From Armatimonadota bacterium (GTDB lineage: Bacteria; Armatimonadota; SYMT01): DNA of 64,000 bases. The stretch is taken from NCBI GenBank assembly GCA_041690135.1, contig JAWLHY010000001.1, forward strand, positions 640,001 to 704,000, in the 5' to 3' direction. A program made the translations under genes and the position numbers. Under the pieces are notes generated by a model. The model did no database searches, was not told where the DNA came from, and saw only the letters and a program-made list of their open reading frames with translations. Shown here piece by piece: positions 28,089 to 37,373 of this stretch (its first letter is position 1; each line of letters begins with the position of its first letter).

Positions 28089-28574
28089 ATGCCGACGGAA
28101 CGGAGCGAATCGTTGCGCCACGAGGCCGCCGCGGAGCCGATCCCGCGCGACGGGTGGGAGGAGTTCCTCCAGCGTTTTTCCACGCTCAATTCCGAGACGC
28201 CGGTCCGGATCCAGGTCAGCGGCGGCTCCGCCGAGGGCATGCGACTGATGGCCGAGTGGCAGCCGCTCCTGGACGTGACCTTGGACGATGAGGCGGGTAT
28301 GCCCGTGATCGTCGTGGAGTGCGGCGACCCGAGTTCCATCGAGGCATCGGGGTTCCGTCCGAACGCACTGCGGCACCTGGTCCGGGAGCCGACCGGCCTG
28401 TGGGCGCGGCGGTCCGGTCCCGAGGGATGGGACGCCCTGGAGATCGAAAGCGCCGACGGCTCCGTGATCGTTTCCCTCGGATCGCCCGCGGAAGGCGCCT
28501 CGCCCATTGAGGATGTCGAGCAAGAGTTGATGTGGGCCGGACGCCGGGGGAAGGTGCAACCGGAAGAGTTGTGA
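28089..28574 (+). CDS. DUF5335-like hypothetical protein
   Basis: IPRDGWEEFLQRFS..., HLVREP, LEIESADGS pattern recalled for DUF5335; GGAG RBS before ATG 28089. Confidence 0.65.
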   Translation: MPTERSESLRHEAAAEPIPRDGWEEFLQRFSTLNSETPVRIQVSGGSAEGMRLMAEWQPLLDVTLDDEAGMPVIVVECGDPSSIEASGFRPNALRHLVREPTGLWARRSGPEGWDALEIESADGSVIVSLGSPAEGASPIEDVEQELMWAGRRGKVQPEEL

Positions 28575-28759
28575 AGTTGAGCATCCGCGTTCCCTTCCAC
28601 GACTACCAGCGGATGGTCTCCGAGGCCGGCGTGGCCCGGCGTGAAGTCGTGGCAGGTCTCCCGGAGTTGCCGGCCCCGGAAACCCTGCGAGAAGCGGTGT
28701 GGCGGCGGAGCGACGTCGTGCAGGAGCGCCGGCAACGCAAAGGTCGTGAACTCGCCTGA
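28571..28759 (+). CDS. Small hypothetical protein (62 aa)
   Basis: GTGA overlap with the upstream stop; MKLSIRVPFHDYQRMV... Confidence 0.45.
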   Translation: MKLSIRVPFHDYQRMVSEAGVARREVVAGLPELPAPETLREAVWRRSDVVQERRQRKGRELA

Positions 28760-28774
28760 TGCGGCTCGCGAGAT

Positions 28775-29224
28775 TCACGGCTCGTTCGCGGTGATGTCCG
28801 CGGCGTAACCCCTGCCCCTGGGGAGGCCATCCGATCCGAGTGAAGTCAGCGCATAAGGCTCGCCGGCCCGACCGGGTACCTGGTACACGTACGGGTTGCC
28901 CCACGGGTCCGCCGGAACGTACTCCAGGTAAGGCCCCTTCCAATGCTTCCGCAGCGCCGGTTCCTCCGGCGCGACCGTCAGCGCCTTCAGTCCGACTTCG
29001 GTCTCCGGCAGGCGCCCCATGTCCCGCGAGTACCGGTCCAGCACTTCCGCGAAGTTCCCGATCTGGGCCCGCGCCGCCTTCAGTTTGGCCTCATCGGACC
29101 GGCGGGGACCCATCGATGGAAGAGGCGTGGTCAGTGCCCCCAGCGCCAGGAAGAGGACAACGCCGGCCGCAACGATGAGAATGCGTTGATCCAGTTGGCC
29201 CCGGTCTCGTGTGCCTAGTTGCAT
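28775..29224 (-). CDS. gspG: Type II secretion major pseudopilin GspG-like protein (atypical N-terminus)
   Basis: ARAQI, LD.Y..D.GRLP...GL.AL, WKGPYL, PADPWGNPYVY..PG, SLGSDG..G....ADI. Confidence 0.8.
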   Translation of the reverse strand: MQLGTRDRGQLDQRILIVAAGVVLFLALGALTTPLPSMGPRRSDEAKLKAARAQIGNFAEVLDRYSRDMGRLPETEVGLKALTVAPEEPALRKHWKGPYLEYVPADPWGNPYVYQVPGRAGEPYALTSLGSDGLPRGRGYAADITANEP

Positions 29225-29444
29225 CGGTCTCTCCCGCGGGAAGATCGGGTGAACGGCTCAGCAGCGTGGACGCCGGCTGTGGCGAAGGATCAAGACCCGG
29301 ACGGACTTCCGCGTAACCCATTCCGCAGATTAGCTGTTTGGGATGAGTGGATGTAAGTGCCCGACTTACCGCATGGGATCTCATCCGTCACGGGCGGAGT
29401 GACCCAGGTTTCAGGTGTTGGGATCTCTTTTCGGAAGGAGCTAC

Positions 29445-30212
29445 ATGATGCCGGGCGGTAGAGATGAACTGTCTGCGGGACGCGTGGCTACGGCAGCGGA
29501 CCTCCAGGAGATCGATGTGAGGCTCTCACAGCTCGAGCAGGTGCTCGTGCGGCGCCGGAACGACGCTCAGGTGTGGAAAGGGGTCGCGGTAGGCGCCATT
29601 CTGGCCCTGGCCATAGCGGCGCGAGTCGGCAGCCAGGGCGGTGCCGCGATTGCGGCAGAGGAGCGCAAAGTGCGGGCACCCTTTGTGGTGGTGGACGAGC
29701 GCGGAAAGACACTGCTGCGTGTCCGAAAGGGAGAAAGCGGTGGCGTGTTGGAGGTTCTGCGTTCCAACGGAAACGTTCAGGCAACTCTCGCCTGCGGCGA
29801 CGACGGCGGGGAATTCACCGTTTCGGGACGGACCGGGACTCCCGTGGGTGAACTGAGCTCCGTCAACGGCGGTTCCCTGTGGCTACGGTATCCGAACGGC
29901 CAACAAGCCGTGAGGTTCGGGAATCACCCAACAGGCGCCGCCATGGCCATGCACGATATTCACCGAACCAAGGTGCTGGCGATGGGCACCTCCGGCATTG
30001 ACAACATGACCTATCTCAAGGTCTTCAACCGAGAAGGGCAGGAAGCCGTCTCTCTGGAGGAAACCCCGGTGGGTGGAAGCATTGCGTGTTTCACGGAAAC
30101 GCTCCAGCGCGACCAGCCAACCCATCCCGTGGTACGGGTGGAAGCAACCCCGACAGGCGGCAAGCTGACCCTGTTCGACCGTGCCGGCAAATCGCGGACG
30201 GTTTCTCCCTGA
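29445..30212 (+). CDS. Hypothetical membrane-anchored beta-repeat protein
   Basis: Short coiled coil, one TM, APFVVVDERGK and repeated GG.L...NG beta units; AAGGAG RBS. Confidence 0.7.
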   Translation: MMPGGRDELSAGRVATAADLQEIDVRLSQLEQVLVRRRNDAQVWKGVAVGAILALAIAARVGSQGGAAIAAEERKVRAPFVVVDERGKTLLRVRKGESGGVLEVLRSNGNVQATLACGDDGGEFTVSGRTGTPVGELSSVNGGSLWLRYPNGQQAVRFGNHPTGAAMAMHDIHRTKVLAMGTSGIDNMTYLKVFNREGQEAVSLEETPVGGSIACFTETLQRDQPTHPVVRVEATPTGGKLTLFDRAGKSRTVSP

Positions 30213-30382
30213 CGTCCCCAGCCCAGGGATAATTGGGGCATGCCGAGCTATTTGCCGGTGCTTCATACGTCCGGTTGCGTCAAGATCAAGATCGAATATG
30301 CAGCCGTCGCGTTTATGGAAGCCGAGGCTTTCGGATTACGCCTGAACCCGGTTTCGCCGGTGGTGTTCGTATTGAAAGTCGA

Positions 30383-30889
30383 ATGATGAACTTCTCACCT
30401 GCGTTTCGAGTTTTCGGACACATACCGAAATGGCATCCCGACAAGATACCACCCGAGTACGGTAGCTCGGGACTCCACCTGTTAGCGGTTGTTCCCGATG
30501 TATCCGTGAGGCGAATCGTCCGGATACCCCTGGGCATTTTCATCGGCAACAGTGCGAGCGACACGGAATGGGTTGACCCCCGCTTCAAGCTTGGCGCGCA
30601 GATTCGGATCCGATTAGAGGATGGGGAAGGCAACCCAATCGAGGTTGAGGATTATCGCAAACATGTACTGCTACCCCCATTCCTGTCGAGGGACGAATAC
30701 TCCATTCTCGACCCAGGAACCTGCATAGGAACCTGGGATCTTTCCCCCTCGGCGCTGATCGTGCCTGTAACGGGGCAGGTGAAGGTCAAGGTCACGTATG
30801 TGCGGTGTAGACTCTCCTGTGCGGAGGAGCTTGGTGTCACGCTCAACGAAGTGGCGCCCATCGAGTTCTTGCTGAACGTGCTTGAGTGA
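30383..30889 (+). CDS. Hypothetical protein (visibly lower GC)
   Basis: Open frame 30233..30889, likely start ATG 30383; no family recognised. Confidence 0.5.
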   Translation: MMNFSPAFRVFGHIPKWHPDKIPPEYGSSGLHLLAVVPDVSVRRIVRIPLGIFIGNSASDTEWVDPRFKLGAQIRIRLEDGEGNPIEVEDYRKHVLLPPFLSRDEYSILDPGTCIGTWDLSPSALIVPVTGQVKVKVTYVRCRLSCAEELGVTLNEVAPIEFLLNVLE

Positions 30890-30929
30890 GGAGGTACGTT
30901 CCGTACCCGGTCCCTCCAGAGCCGCGAAA

Positions 30930-31742
30930 TCAGTCCCGAGTCGCCGGCAGGTCCCGGCGAAGTTCGTCCAGGCGTAACCGGATCGCTTCGTGGTCTTCCG
31001 GGGTGGACGGATGGCCGGCGCGGTGCACGCTTTCGGCGATGGCGCGCATCCGGCGGCATTCGCTGAAGCCCAGGTAGCCGAGAGCCGTTAACCCCCGGTG
31101 GTCCCTCACGCTGGGGTCGGCACCGTGCCGCAGAAGAAAGGCGACGTTGGCGGGACTGCCTTGAAGCACGGCGTAGGTCAGAGGGGTCCAGCCGTTGCGG
31201 TCCCGCGCGTTCACATCGGCGCCCGCGCGGCAGAGAACTTCCAGCATGCGGAGGTCGCCCTCGCGGACCAGCATCAAGGGTGTGGCGCCGGCCGGGTCGC
31301 GAGCATCCGCTGGAACACCGTGCCGGAGAAGGAGCTTCACCACCCCCACGTGGCCGGCCGGGAACGGTCCGTCGGGGCTGACCGCGTAGTGGATGGCGGA
31401 CATGCAGGGAGAACCGTCGTCGTGGAATGAGGGCAGGTTGGGATCCGCACCCGCGGAAAGCAACTCCCGCACGACACTGACCCGCCCCACGTTGGCCGCC
31501 AGGACCAGCACCGGCATCCCGCATTCCCGGAAGTTGGGGTCCTGCCCCCGCGCCAGCAGCATCCGTACCGTCGCCGCCCGCCCATGGTATGCCGCCAGGG
31601 CCAGCGCTCCCCAGCCGGACCCCGGTGGGTTTGGGTCCGCGCCGGCCTCCAGCAGGACTTGCAGACCGGCCGTATCCCCGCGCCGCGCGGCCTCCCGGAT
31701 CGGTTCTGCCCGGGAGTCTAGCGCCGTCGCCTCCTCGCACAT
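30930..31742 (-). CDS. Ankyrin repeat protein
   Basis: Repeated LL.AGADPN, GATPLM, GADVNARDRNGWTPL, GLTAL. Confidence 0.9.
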   Translation of the reverse strand: MCEEATALDSRAEPIREAARRGDTAGLQVLLEAGADPNPPGSGWGALALAAYHGRAATVRMLLARGQDPNFRECGMPVLVLAANVGRVSVVRELLSAGADPNLPSFHDDGSPCMSAIHYAVSPDGPFPAGHVGVVKLLLRHGVPADARDPAGATPLMLVREGDLRMLEVLCRAGADVNARDRNGWTPLTYAVLQGSPANVAFLLRHGADPSVRDHRGLTALGYLGFSECRRMRAIAESVHRAGHPSTPEDHEAIRLRLDELRRDLPATRD

Positions 31743-31860
31743 GTAGTCAGTCCCTCCCAAATGTTCGCCCGGGTCAGGCTACTTTCCCAGCCTCTTCGGA
31801 AACACTGCATCTTTGAGTGTATTCCATACCGGTGGTGGCAGCGGAGTCCCACACGGCGCG

Positions 31861-31990
31861 ACGGGTGCAAGCTCAGGACCTTCCGCTCTGCAATCCGGGT
31901 GCGGGGGTGCGATCCTGGGCGGTGGAGACCCTAACTCCGCCGGGTGTACGCCCCGACCGTGGATGAGGAGTGCCGTGGAATGCCGGGTGC
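31861..31990 (+). repeat. Family A composite repeat, copy 3 (degenerate)
   Basis: ACGGGTGCAAGCTCAGGACCTTCCGCTCTGCAATCCGGGTGCGGGGGTGCGATCCTGG; colinear with 44037-44246. Confidence 0.7.
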
Positions 31991-32250
31991 CCTGACCAGG
32001 GGCGGATTGATAAGGATCAGGATAAAGAGTCCCGGGTAATGCCGAGTTCCCTGACCAGGGGGCTTGCCCTAGCTGCGCCGGGTAGACTCGCGTCGCTTGC
32101 AGGATCATGGCAGGATTGATGTGCTTCGACGGAAGGCTCATCGGGGCTGAGAAGTTGGTGCTGGTCTCTCGCTCCTCCATACGGCCCGTACGGGCGCAAT
32201 GACGGTCGAGGGCATCGCCTGAATGTTTACCACCCGAAGGGTGGCCCGAG

Positions 32251-32367
32251 CACCTGACCACCCGAACACCCAGGCACCCGAACACTCCCTTTTCCGATTC
32301 GTTTCATTCGCCCAATTCGCGGATCACTTGCCAGAAAGCCTGAATGCCCAACGCCCAAACGCCTGAT
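32251..32367. repeat. Cluster of degenerate 7-9-nt tandem repeats
   Basis: CACCTGAC/CACCCGAA/CACCCAGG/CACCCGAA; ATTCGTTTC/ATTCGCCCA/ATTCGCGG; GCCTGAAT/GCCCAAC/GCCCAAAC/GCCTGAT. Confidence 0.6.
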
Positions 32368-32465
32368 CCGTAAAGCCGTCCTGTTGCTGGGGTAACGGAA
32401 AGCCAGAATCATCATTGAGGCCGGGCCGGACCGTTCGGCCTGCAAGCAGGCTCCCAGCATTCACC

Positions 32466-34112
32466 GTGTCCACTTCCAACGCCAACGCATGTCCCCGCTG
32501 CCGGCAAGAAACGACCGCGGGGGATAACTTCTGCCGCTGCTGCGGGTACCCGCTGCGGGGCCAGGCGGATTACACCCACGACCTGTGCGAAACGGTCGTG
32601 GAGACGTTGCCGTGCGGGTTGTTCATTCTGGATGCCGCGACCCGGGTGGTCTACTGGAACCGCACGCTGGAAGCCCAGAGCGGCGTGCGCCGCCGTGACG
32701 CCTTACGGCGCTCCATCGTCGACGTGATGCCCCATCTGCAAAGCCAGATGCACCGGATCTCCCGGGTGTTCGCGACCGCCCTGCCGTTGCGGATCGACCA
32801 GGTGGCGCGGGAGGACGCCCGTGGCGAAGAGGTGATGGAGTCCTTCTGGCTGGGACCGCTGCTGTTGGAGAACGGAACGCCCGCACTCCTCGGCCTGGTG
32901 GAAGACATCACCCAGAAGGTCCGCGTGGACAGCCACCTCATCCGGTCCGAGCGGCTGGCGGCGGTGGGGGAGTTGGCGGCGGGGGTGGCCCACAACTTTA
33001 ATAACATCCTGGCCGCCATCGGGGGCGACGCTCAACTACTCAAGCTCATCGCGGAAGAGGAAGACCTTCCGGAGCATATCGTGGAAGCCGCCCGCCAGAT
33101 TCACAACGAAACCATGCGGGGTGGGCGGATCGCCCACGACCTGCTCTCCTTTGCCCGCGGCGCGGAAGCCCGCATTCAACGCGTGGAGGTGCGCGAAATC
33201 GTCGAGGACGCCGCGCGCCTCATCTCGAACCATCCTTCCGCCCGCAGCGCCCAGATCCAGGTGGAACTGCGGGACGACCTGCCTCACGTGGAGGCGGACA
33301 CCAACCTGCTCCACCAGGTCTTCTTCAACGTGATGCTGAATGCGCTCCAGGCCATGCCCAATGGCGGCATTCTCAGTGTCAGCGCCGGTCTCCGCGGCGG
33401 CGATCAGGACCCTGCCTCGGGGATGTTGGACCTCAAGTTCCACGACACGGGAGTCGGCATCTCCCGCGAGCACCTCCGCCGGATCTTCGACCCGTTCTTC
33501 AGCAAACGCGCGAACGGCACGGCCGGCAGCGGCCTCGGGCTCCCGGTAAGCCTCGCCATGATCCAGGGGATCGGAGGCGACATCCACGTGACCAGCGCGG
33601 AAGGGATCGGCACCACGGTCACGGTCAGCCTGCCGATCGTGGAACGGCGCTCCGTCCGGCGGAGAGGCAGCCACGGGGCCCACCGGGGACGCGCGCTGGT
33701 AGTGGATGACGATGCCAACGTCCGCCGGACCCTCGGGACCCTGCTGACACGAAGGGGCTTCGACGTGGTCGCGGTGGAAGACGGCGCGGAAGCTCTGAAA
33801 TGCCTGATCGGCGCCGAACCCGATCGGCCCTTCGATGTCATGCTGACGGAGTTGATCCTGCCGAAGGTCAACGGGATCACGCTCATCCGCGAAGCCCTGA
33901 CCCACCAATCCGAGTTGGCGATCCTGGTGCTCACGGCCGCGACGGAGCAACGGCTGTTGCTGGAAGCCATCGATGCGGGCGCGCGCGCCGGTCTCAACAA
34001 ACCACCGGACTTTGGGGAACTGGTTCGTCTTGTGGAGCTACTCGCCGGAGGCCAACCTATGAAGCCCGGCGATACCAGGGAGGAACACCTGCAAGAAACG
34101 TGCCAACTGTAA
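32466..34112 (+). CDS. Hybrid sensor histidine kinase (zinc ribbon-PAS-HisKA-HATPase-pseudo-receiver)
   Basis: CPRC..FCRCCG, PAS (YWNR), GVAHNFNNIL H-box, NALQAM, DTGVGI, IFDPFFS, GSGLGL, C-terminal VVDDD receiver; start taken at GTG 32466. Confidence 0.92.
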   Translation: MSTSNANACPRCRQETTAGDNFCRCCGYPLRGQADYTHDLCETVVETLPCGLFILDAATRVVYWNRTLEAQSGVRRRDALRRSIVDVMPHLQSQMHRISRVFATALPLRIDQVAREDARGEEVMESFWLGPLLLENGTPALLGLVEDITQKVRVDSHLIRSERLAAVGELAAGVAHNFNNILAAIGGDAQLLKLIAEEEDLPEHIVEAARQIHNETMRGGRIAHDLLSFARGAEARIQRVEVREIVEDAARLISNHPSARSAQIQVELRDDLPHVEADTNLLHQVFFNVMLNALQAMPNGGILSVSAGLRGGDQDPASGMLDLKFHDTGVGISREHLRRIFDPFFSKRANGTAGSGLGLPVSLAMIQGIGGDIHVTSAEGIGTTVTVSLPIVERRSVRRRGSHGAHRGRALVVDDDANVRRTLGTLLTRRGFDVVAVEDGAEALKCLIGAEPDRPFDVMLTELILPKVNGITLIREALTHQSELAILVLTAATEQRLLLEAIDAGARAGLNKPPDFGELVRLVELLAGGQPMKPGDTREEHLQETCQL

Positions 34113-34175
34113 GTGGACTGGTAACGCGGACCCATTCGCTCGAACAGTTCGGACCACCTGTCAGGGATTCGTGCA

Positions 34176-35597
34176 GTGGCACTCCAACAACGCCAGACGC
34201 AGGCACAGCGACTTCAGCAGCGAGCCGACCCGCAAATGCTCCTGACCAACCGGCTGCTCCAGATGTCGGTCCTCGAATTGCAGCAGTGCGTTAGCCAGGA
34301 AGTCGCGGATAATCCGGCGCTGGAATGGCCGGAGGAGTTGTGCGCCGCTTGCCGCAGCGTGGGTCGTTCCTGTCTCGATTGCCCGCTCAACCCCGGAGCG
34401 GGGCCACGGCCGGCGGTGTGGGACCATGATTTCGCTCCCTGGGAAGAAGGATCCAACCCGGCCGATCCCTATGAATATGTTTCGGTCCAGGAAACGCTGG
34501 CGCACCATCTCCGTGCCCAACTGTTTGCCGGGGTCGCGGAATGTGATCAAGGCGTGGGACAGTACCTGATCGACAGCATCGACAGTGATGGTTATCTTCG
34601 CAGTGACGTCGAAGAGGCAGCGCGAGTCCTGGAGGTGCATCCCGCGGAAGTCGAACGCGTCTTGAAAGTGATCCAGACCTTTGAGCCCACCGGGGTGGGG
34701 GCGCGAAACCTCCGGGAGTGCTTGCTCATTCAAACCGAAGCCCGGGCGAGCGATCCGGCTACTCCCGTCGTGGTGCTCCCCATCCTTACCGCCTACTGGA
34801 AGGAACTGTCCACCGGCAAATGGAGGGCGATCGCACGGGGCTTGCGGGTGAGTCAGGCCGAGGTCGAGGGGTCGATCGGATGGCTGCGCCGCAATCTCAG
34901 TCCCTACCCGGGTCTCTGCTTTCGTCCGCATTGGGAGAGAACTCCCCAGGGATCCGCGGCACCGGCCCGGCCGGACGCGATCGTGTCGTTCGATGAGGGA
35001 GGAAGACTCCGGCTCCGCCTACCCGGCGAGGAGGGCCCTGGTCCAGTCCTTAATTCCGACTACTCCCGCACCCTGGTGAGCATCCGGGAGAAGCATGGCA
35101 CGCAGCCCTCTCCGGAGGAGCGAAACGTTGAGGAGCTTGTTGTCCGGGCACAGATGCTCCTCAAGGGCCTACACGACCGCGTCTGTCTCCTGCGCAGGGT
35201 CGGCGAATGCCTGCTGGAGGAACAGGAGCAGTACCTGCGAAGTGAGCGAGAAGAGGATTTGCGACCCCTAACCCAGGCACAACTCGCCGCCTTTATCCAG
35301 GTACACGAGAGCACCGTGAGCCGGGCCGTCGCGGAGAAGTTTCTCCAACTGCCCAGCGGACGCGTGCTGCCGTTGAGCTTCTTCTTCGACCGGGCCGTCT
35401 CTTATCGCCGTCTCGTGGCAAACGTGGTCGCCGGCGAGGACCCCGCCGCGCCCTACAGCGATCAGGAGATCTCCGATCGCCTGCGCCGGGAGGGGGTATT
35501 CATTGCGCGGCGGACCGTGATGAAATACCGCGAGGAACTGGGCATCCTCTCCTCGCGGCAGCGGGCACGCACCCCTGGATCCTGTGGGACAAGTTGA
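34176..35597 (+). CDS. rpoN: RNA polymerase sigma-54 factor
   Basis: Gln/Leu-rich region I (LLQMSVLELQQ..NPALE), IDSDGYL, EPTGVGARNLRECL, HESTVSRA, RpoN box ARRTVMKYRE. Confidence 0.93.
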   Translation: MALQQRQTQAQRLQQRADPQMLLTNRLLQMSVLELQQCVSQEVADNPALEWPEELCAACRSVGRSCLDCPLNPGAGPRPAVWDHDFAPWEEGSNPADPYEYVSVQETLAHHLRAQLFAGVAECDQGVGQYLIDSIDSDGYLRSDVEEAARVLEVHPAEVERVLKVIQTFEPTGVGARNLRECLLIQTEARASDPATPVVVLPILTAYWKELSTGKWRAIARGLRVSQAEVEGSIGWLRRNLSPYPGLCFRPHWERTPQGSAAPARPDAIVSFDEGGRLRLRLPGEEGPGPVLNSDYSRTLVSIREKHGTQPSPEERNVEELVVRAQMLLKGLHDRVCLLRRVGECLLEEQEQYLRSEREEDLRPLTQAQLAAFIQVHESTVSRAVAEKFLQLPSGRVLPLSFFFDRAVSYRRLVANVVAGEDPAAPYSDQEISDRLRREGVFIARRTVMKYREELGILSSRQRARTPGSCGTS

Positions 35598-35598
35598 G

Positions 35599-37026
35599 AT
35601 GAGCGACAAAACACCAGCGAGCCGGGGCCGTCTGGTCGTGGTTGACGATGAAGCCTCCGTGGCGCGGGTGCTAAACACTTTTTTCGCCCGCGAAGGATGG
35701 CACGTGCAGTCCTTCGATCGGGCCACCGAAGCGCTTCCCGCCATCGTGGAGGGGGAGGTGGATCTGGTGCTGACCGACCTCTCCATGCCGGAGATGGACG
35801 GCATCCAGTTACTGCGGGCAATGCGAGACCGGGGCTGTGAAATCCCCCTACTGGTCATCACCGCCTATGCCACCGTGGACAGTGCGGTAGAAGCGATGAA
35901 GCTGGGGGCCTTCGACTACCTCAGCAAGCCGTTCGACCTGGAGAAAGTGAAGGTCTGCGTCCAACGCGCCTTCCTCCACCGCCAGCTCCAGCGGGAAAAC
36001 GAGCACTTGCGGCAGGAACTGAAGGCCCAGTATCAGTTCGGCAATCTGCTCGGAAACAGCCCGCGGATGGGCGAGGTTTACCGGCTGATCGAGAAGGCTG
36101 CCAGGAGCCGGGCCAACGTGCTGCTGCTGGGCGAAAGCGGTACCGGAAAGGAGCTGGTCGCACGGGCGCTCCATTACAACAGCCTCCGTGCCAACAAACG
36201 GTTTGTACCGGTCTCCTGCGCGGCGCTACCGAGCGAGCTCCTGGAAAGCGAGTTGTTCGGTCACGAGAAAGGGGCCTTCACCGGCGCCAACTGGCAGCGA
36301 ATCGGCCGGTTCGAGCTGGCCGATGGCGGCACGCTCTTTCTGGATGAGATCGGCGACGTGAGCCCTTCGGTACAGGTCAAGCTGCTTCGCGCCATCCAGG
36401 AGCGAGAGATCGACCGCGTGGGTGGGGCCAAGCCGATCAAAGTGGACGCCCGCCTGGTCACGGCGACTCACCGCAACCTGGCGGAAGCGATCGAGAAGGG
36501 GCTGTTCCGGGAGGACCTCTACTACCGGCTGCGCGTGGTGGAGATTCAACTACCTCCGCTCCGCGATCGCCGCGAAGACATCCCGCTTCTCGCGAGCCAC
36601 TTTCTTGAGAAATATGCGCGCCGCGATGGCCGGCCTCTGGAGAGTTTCTCCCCCGGCGCTCTGGAAGTGCTGGAGCAATATGCGTGGCCCGGCAACGTCC
36701 GCGAGTTGGAGAACGCCGTGGAGCATGCGGTCGTGCTGGCCGACGACGACGCACGCACGATCGACGTGGACCTTCTACCGGAGCACGTCACCGGTTGGCG
36801 GACCGCCCCGCGCGCCTTCCTCACCGCGTCCCCTCCCGTTTCCGGCGCTACGGGTAAGACCCTGCGGGAGACCCTGGACGAGGTCGAGCGCCGGACCCTG
36901 GAAGAGACGCTGGAGCGGTGCCAGTGGGATCTCGAACGCGCCGCCGCCGCCCTCGGCCTCTCTTACCGGTCACTTTGCCACAGCGTCCGCAGGCATCACC
37001 TGTCCGGGTACCGGCGGGAAGCGTGA
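35599..37026 (+). CDS. Sigma-54-dependent response regulator (NtrC/AtoC family)
   Basis: Receiver VLTDLSMP, GESGTGKE, ESELFGHEKGAFTGA, LFLDEIG, WPGNVREL, C-terminal HTH. Confidence 0.96.
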   Translation: MSDKTPASRGRLVVVDDEASVARVLNTFFAREGWHVQSFDRATEALPAIVEGEVDLVLTDLSMPEMDGIQLLRAMRDRGCEIPLLVITAYATVDSAVEAMKLGAFDYLSKPFDLEKVKVCVQRAFLHRQLQRENEHLRQELKAQYQFGNLLGNSPRMGEVYRLIEKAARSRANVLLLGESGTGKELVARALHYNSLRANKRFVPVSCAALPSELLESELFGHEKGAFTGANWQRIGRFELADGGTLFLDEIGDVSPSVQVKLLRAIQEREIDRVGGAKPIKVDARLVTATHRNLAEAIEKGLFREDLYYRLRVVEIQLPPLRDRREDIPLLASHFLEKYARRDGRPLESFSPGALEVLEQYAWPGNVRELENAVEHAVVLADDDARTIDVDLLPEHVTGWRTAPRAFLTASPPVSGATGKTLRETLDEVERRTLEETLERCQWDLERAAAALGLSYRSLCHSVRRHHLSGYRREA

Positions 37027-37033
37027 GGTGTAG

Positions 37034-37059
37034 TGCGTATTGCGTATTGCGTATTGCGT
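37034..37059. repeat. Heptamer tandem repeat (TGCGTAT)x3.7
   Basis: TGCGTATTGCGTATTGCGTATTGCGT, 7 nt after the regulator stop codon. Confidence 0.9.
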
Positions 37060-37173
37060 GAGGTCTGGGGCAGGGGCTGCGCGGGGTTGGCCGTGAGGCG
37101 CTCCGTGATCGGAAGCCGCGAGCCAAGATTGCCCCTAGCGGTCTAGCCGAATAGGCCTAGTATCCAGCGTCCT

Positions 37174-37240
37174 TATCGTAATCATAATCTTCATCCTAAT
37201 CCGCGAAGCCATCGTAGTCTTCATCATAATCCGCGAAGCC
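37174..37240. repeat. Degenerate hexamer tract within a short direct duplication
   Basis: ATCGTAATCATAATCTTCATCCTAATCCGCGAAGCC followed by ATCGTAGTCTTCATCATAATCCGCGAAGCC. Confidence 0.7.
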
Positions 37241-37373
37241 CGGGAACCCTTAGACTGCCGCACGCGATACTGTGTAGTGGCGGAGTTGACCGGGAGAGGC
37301 ATTCGCCGTATGCTGGCTCCGGAAGTGCTTGTTCCGAGAGCAGGCTGCCCTGTCCGTTCGGGAGGAGAGCGTC

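Noticed and set aside
32318-32332. Sigma-54 -24/-12 promoter (minus strand TGGCAAGTGATCCGC)
   Set aside because: GG-N10-GC spacing is right but the TT before GC is missing and it lies in repeat-rich DNA; no convincing site was found in the window by eye.
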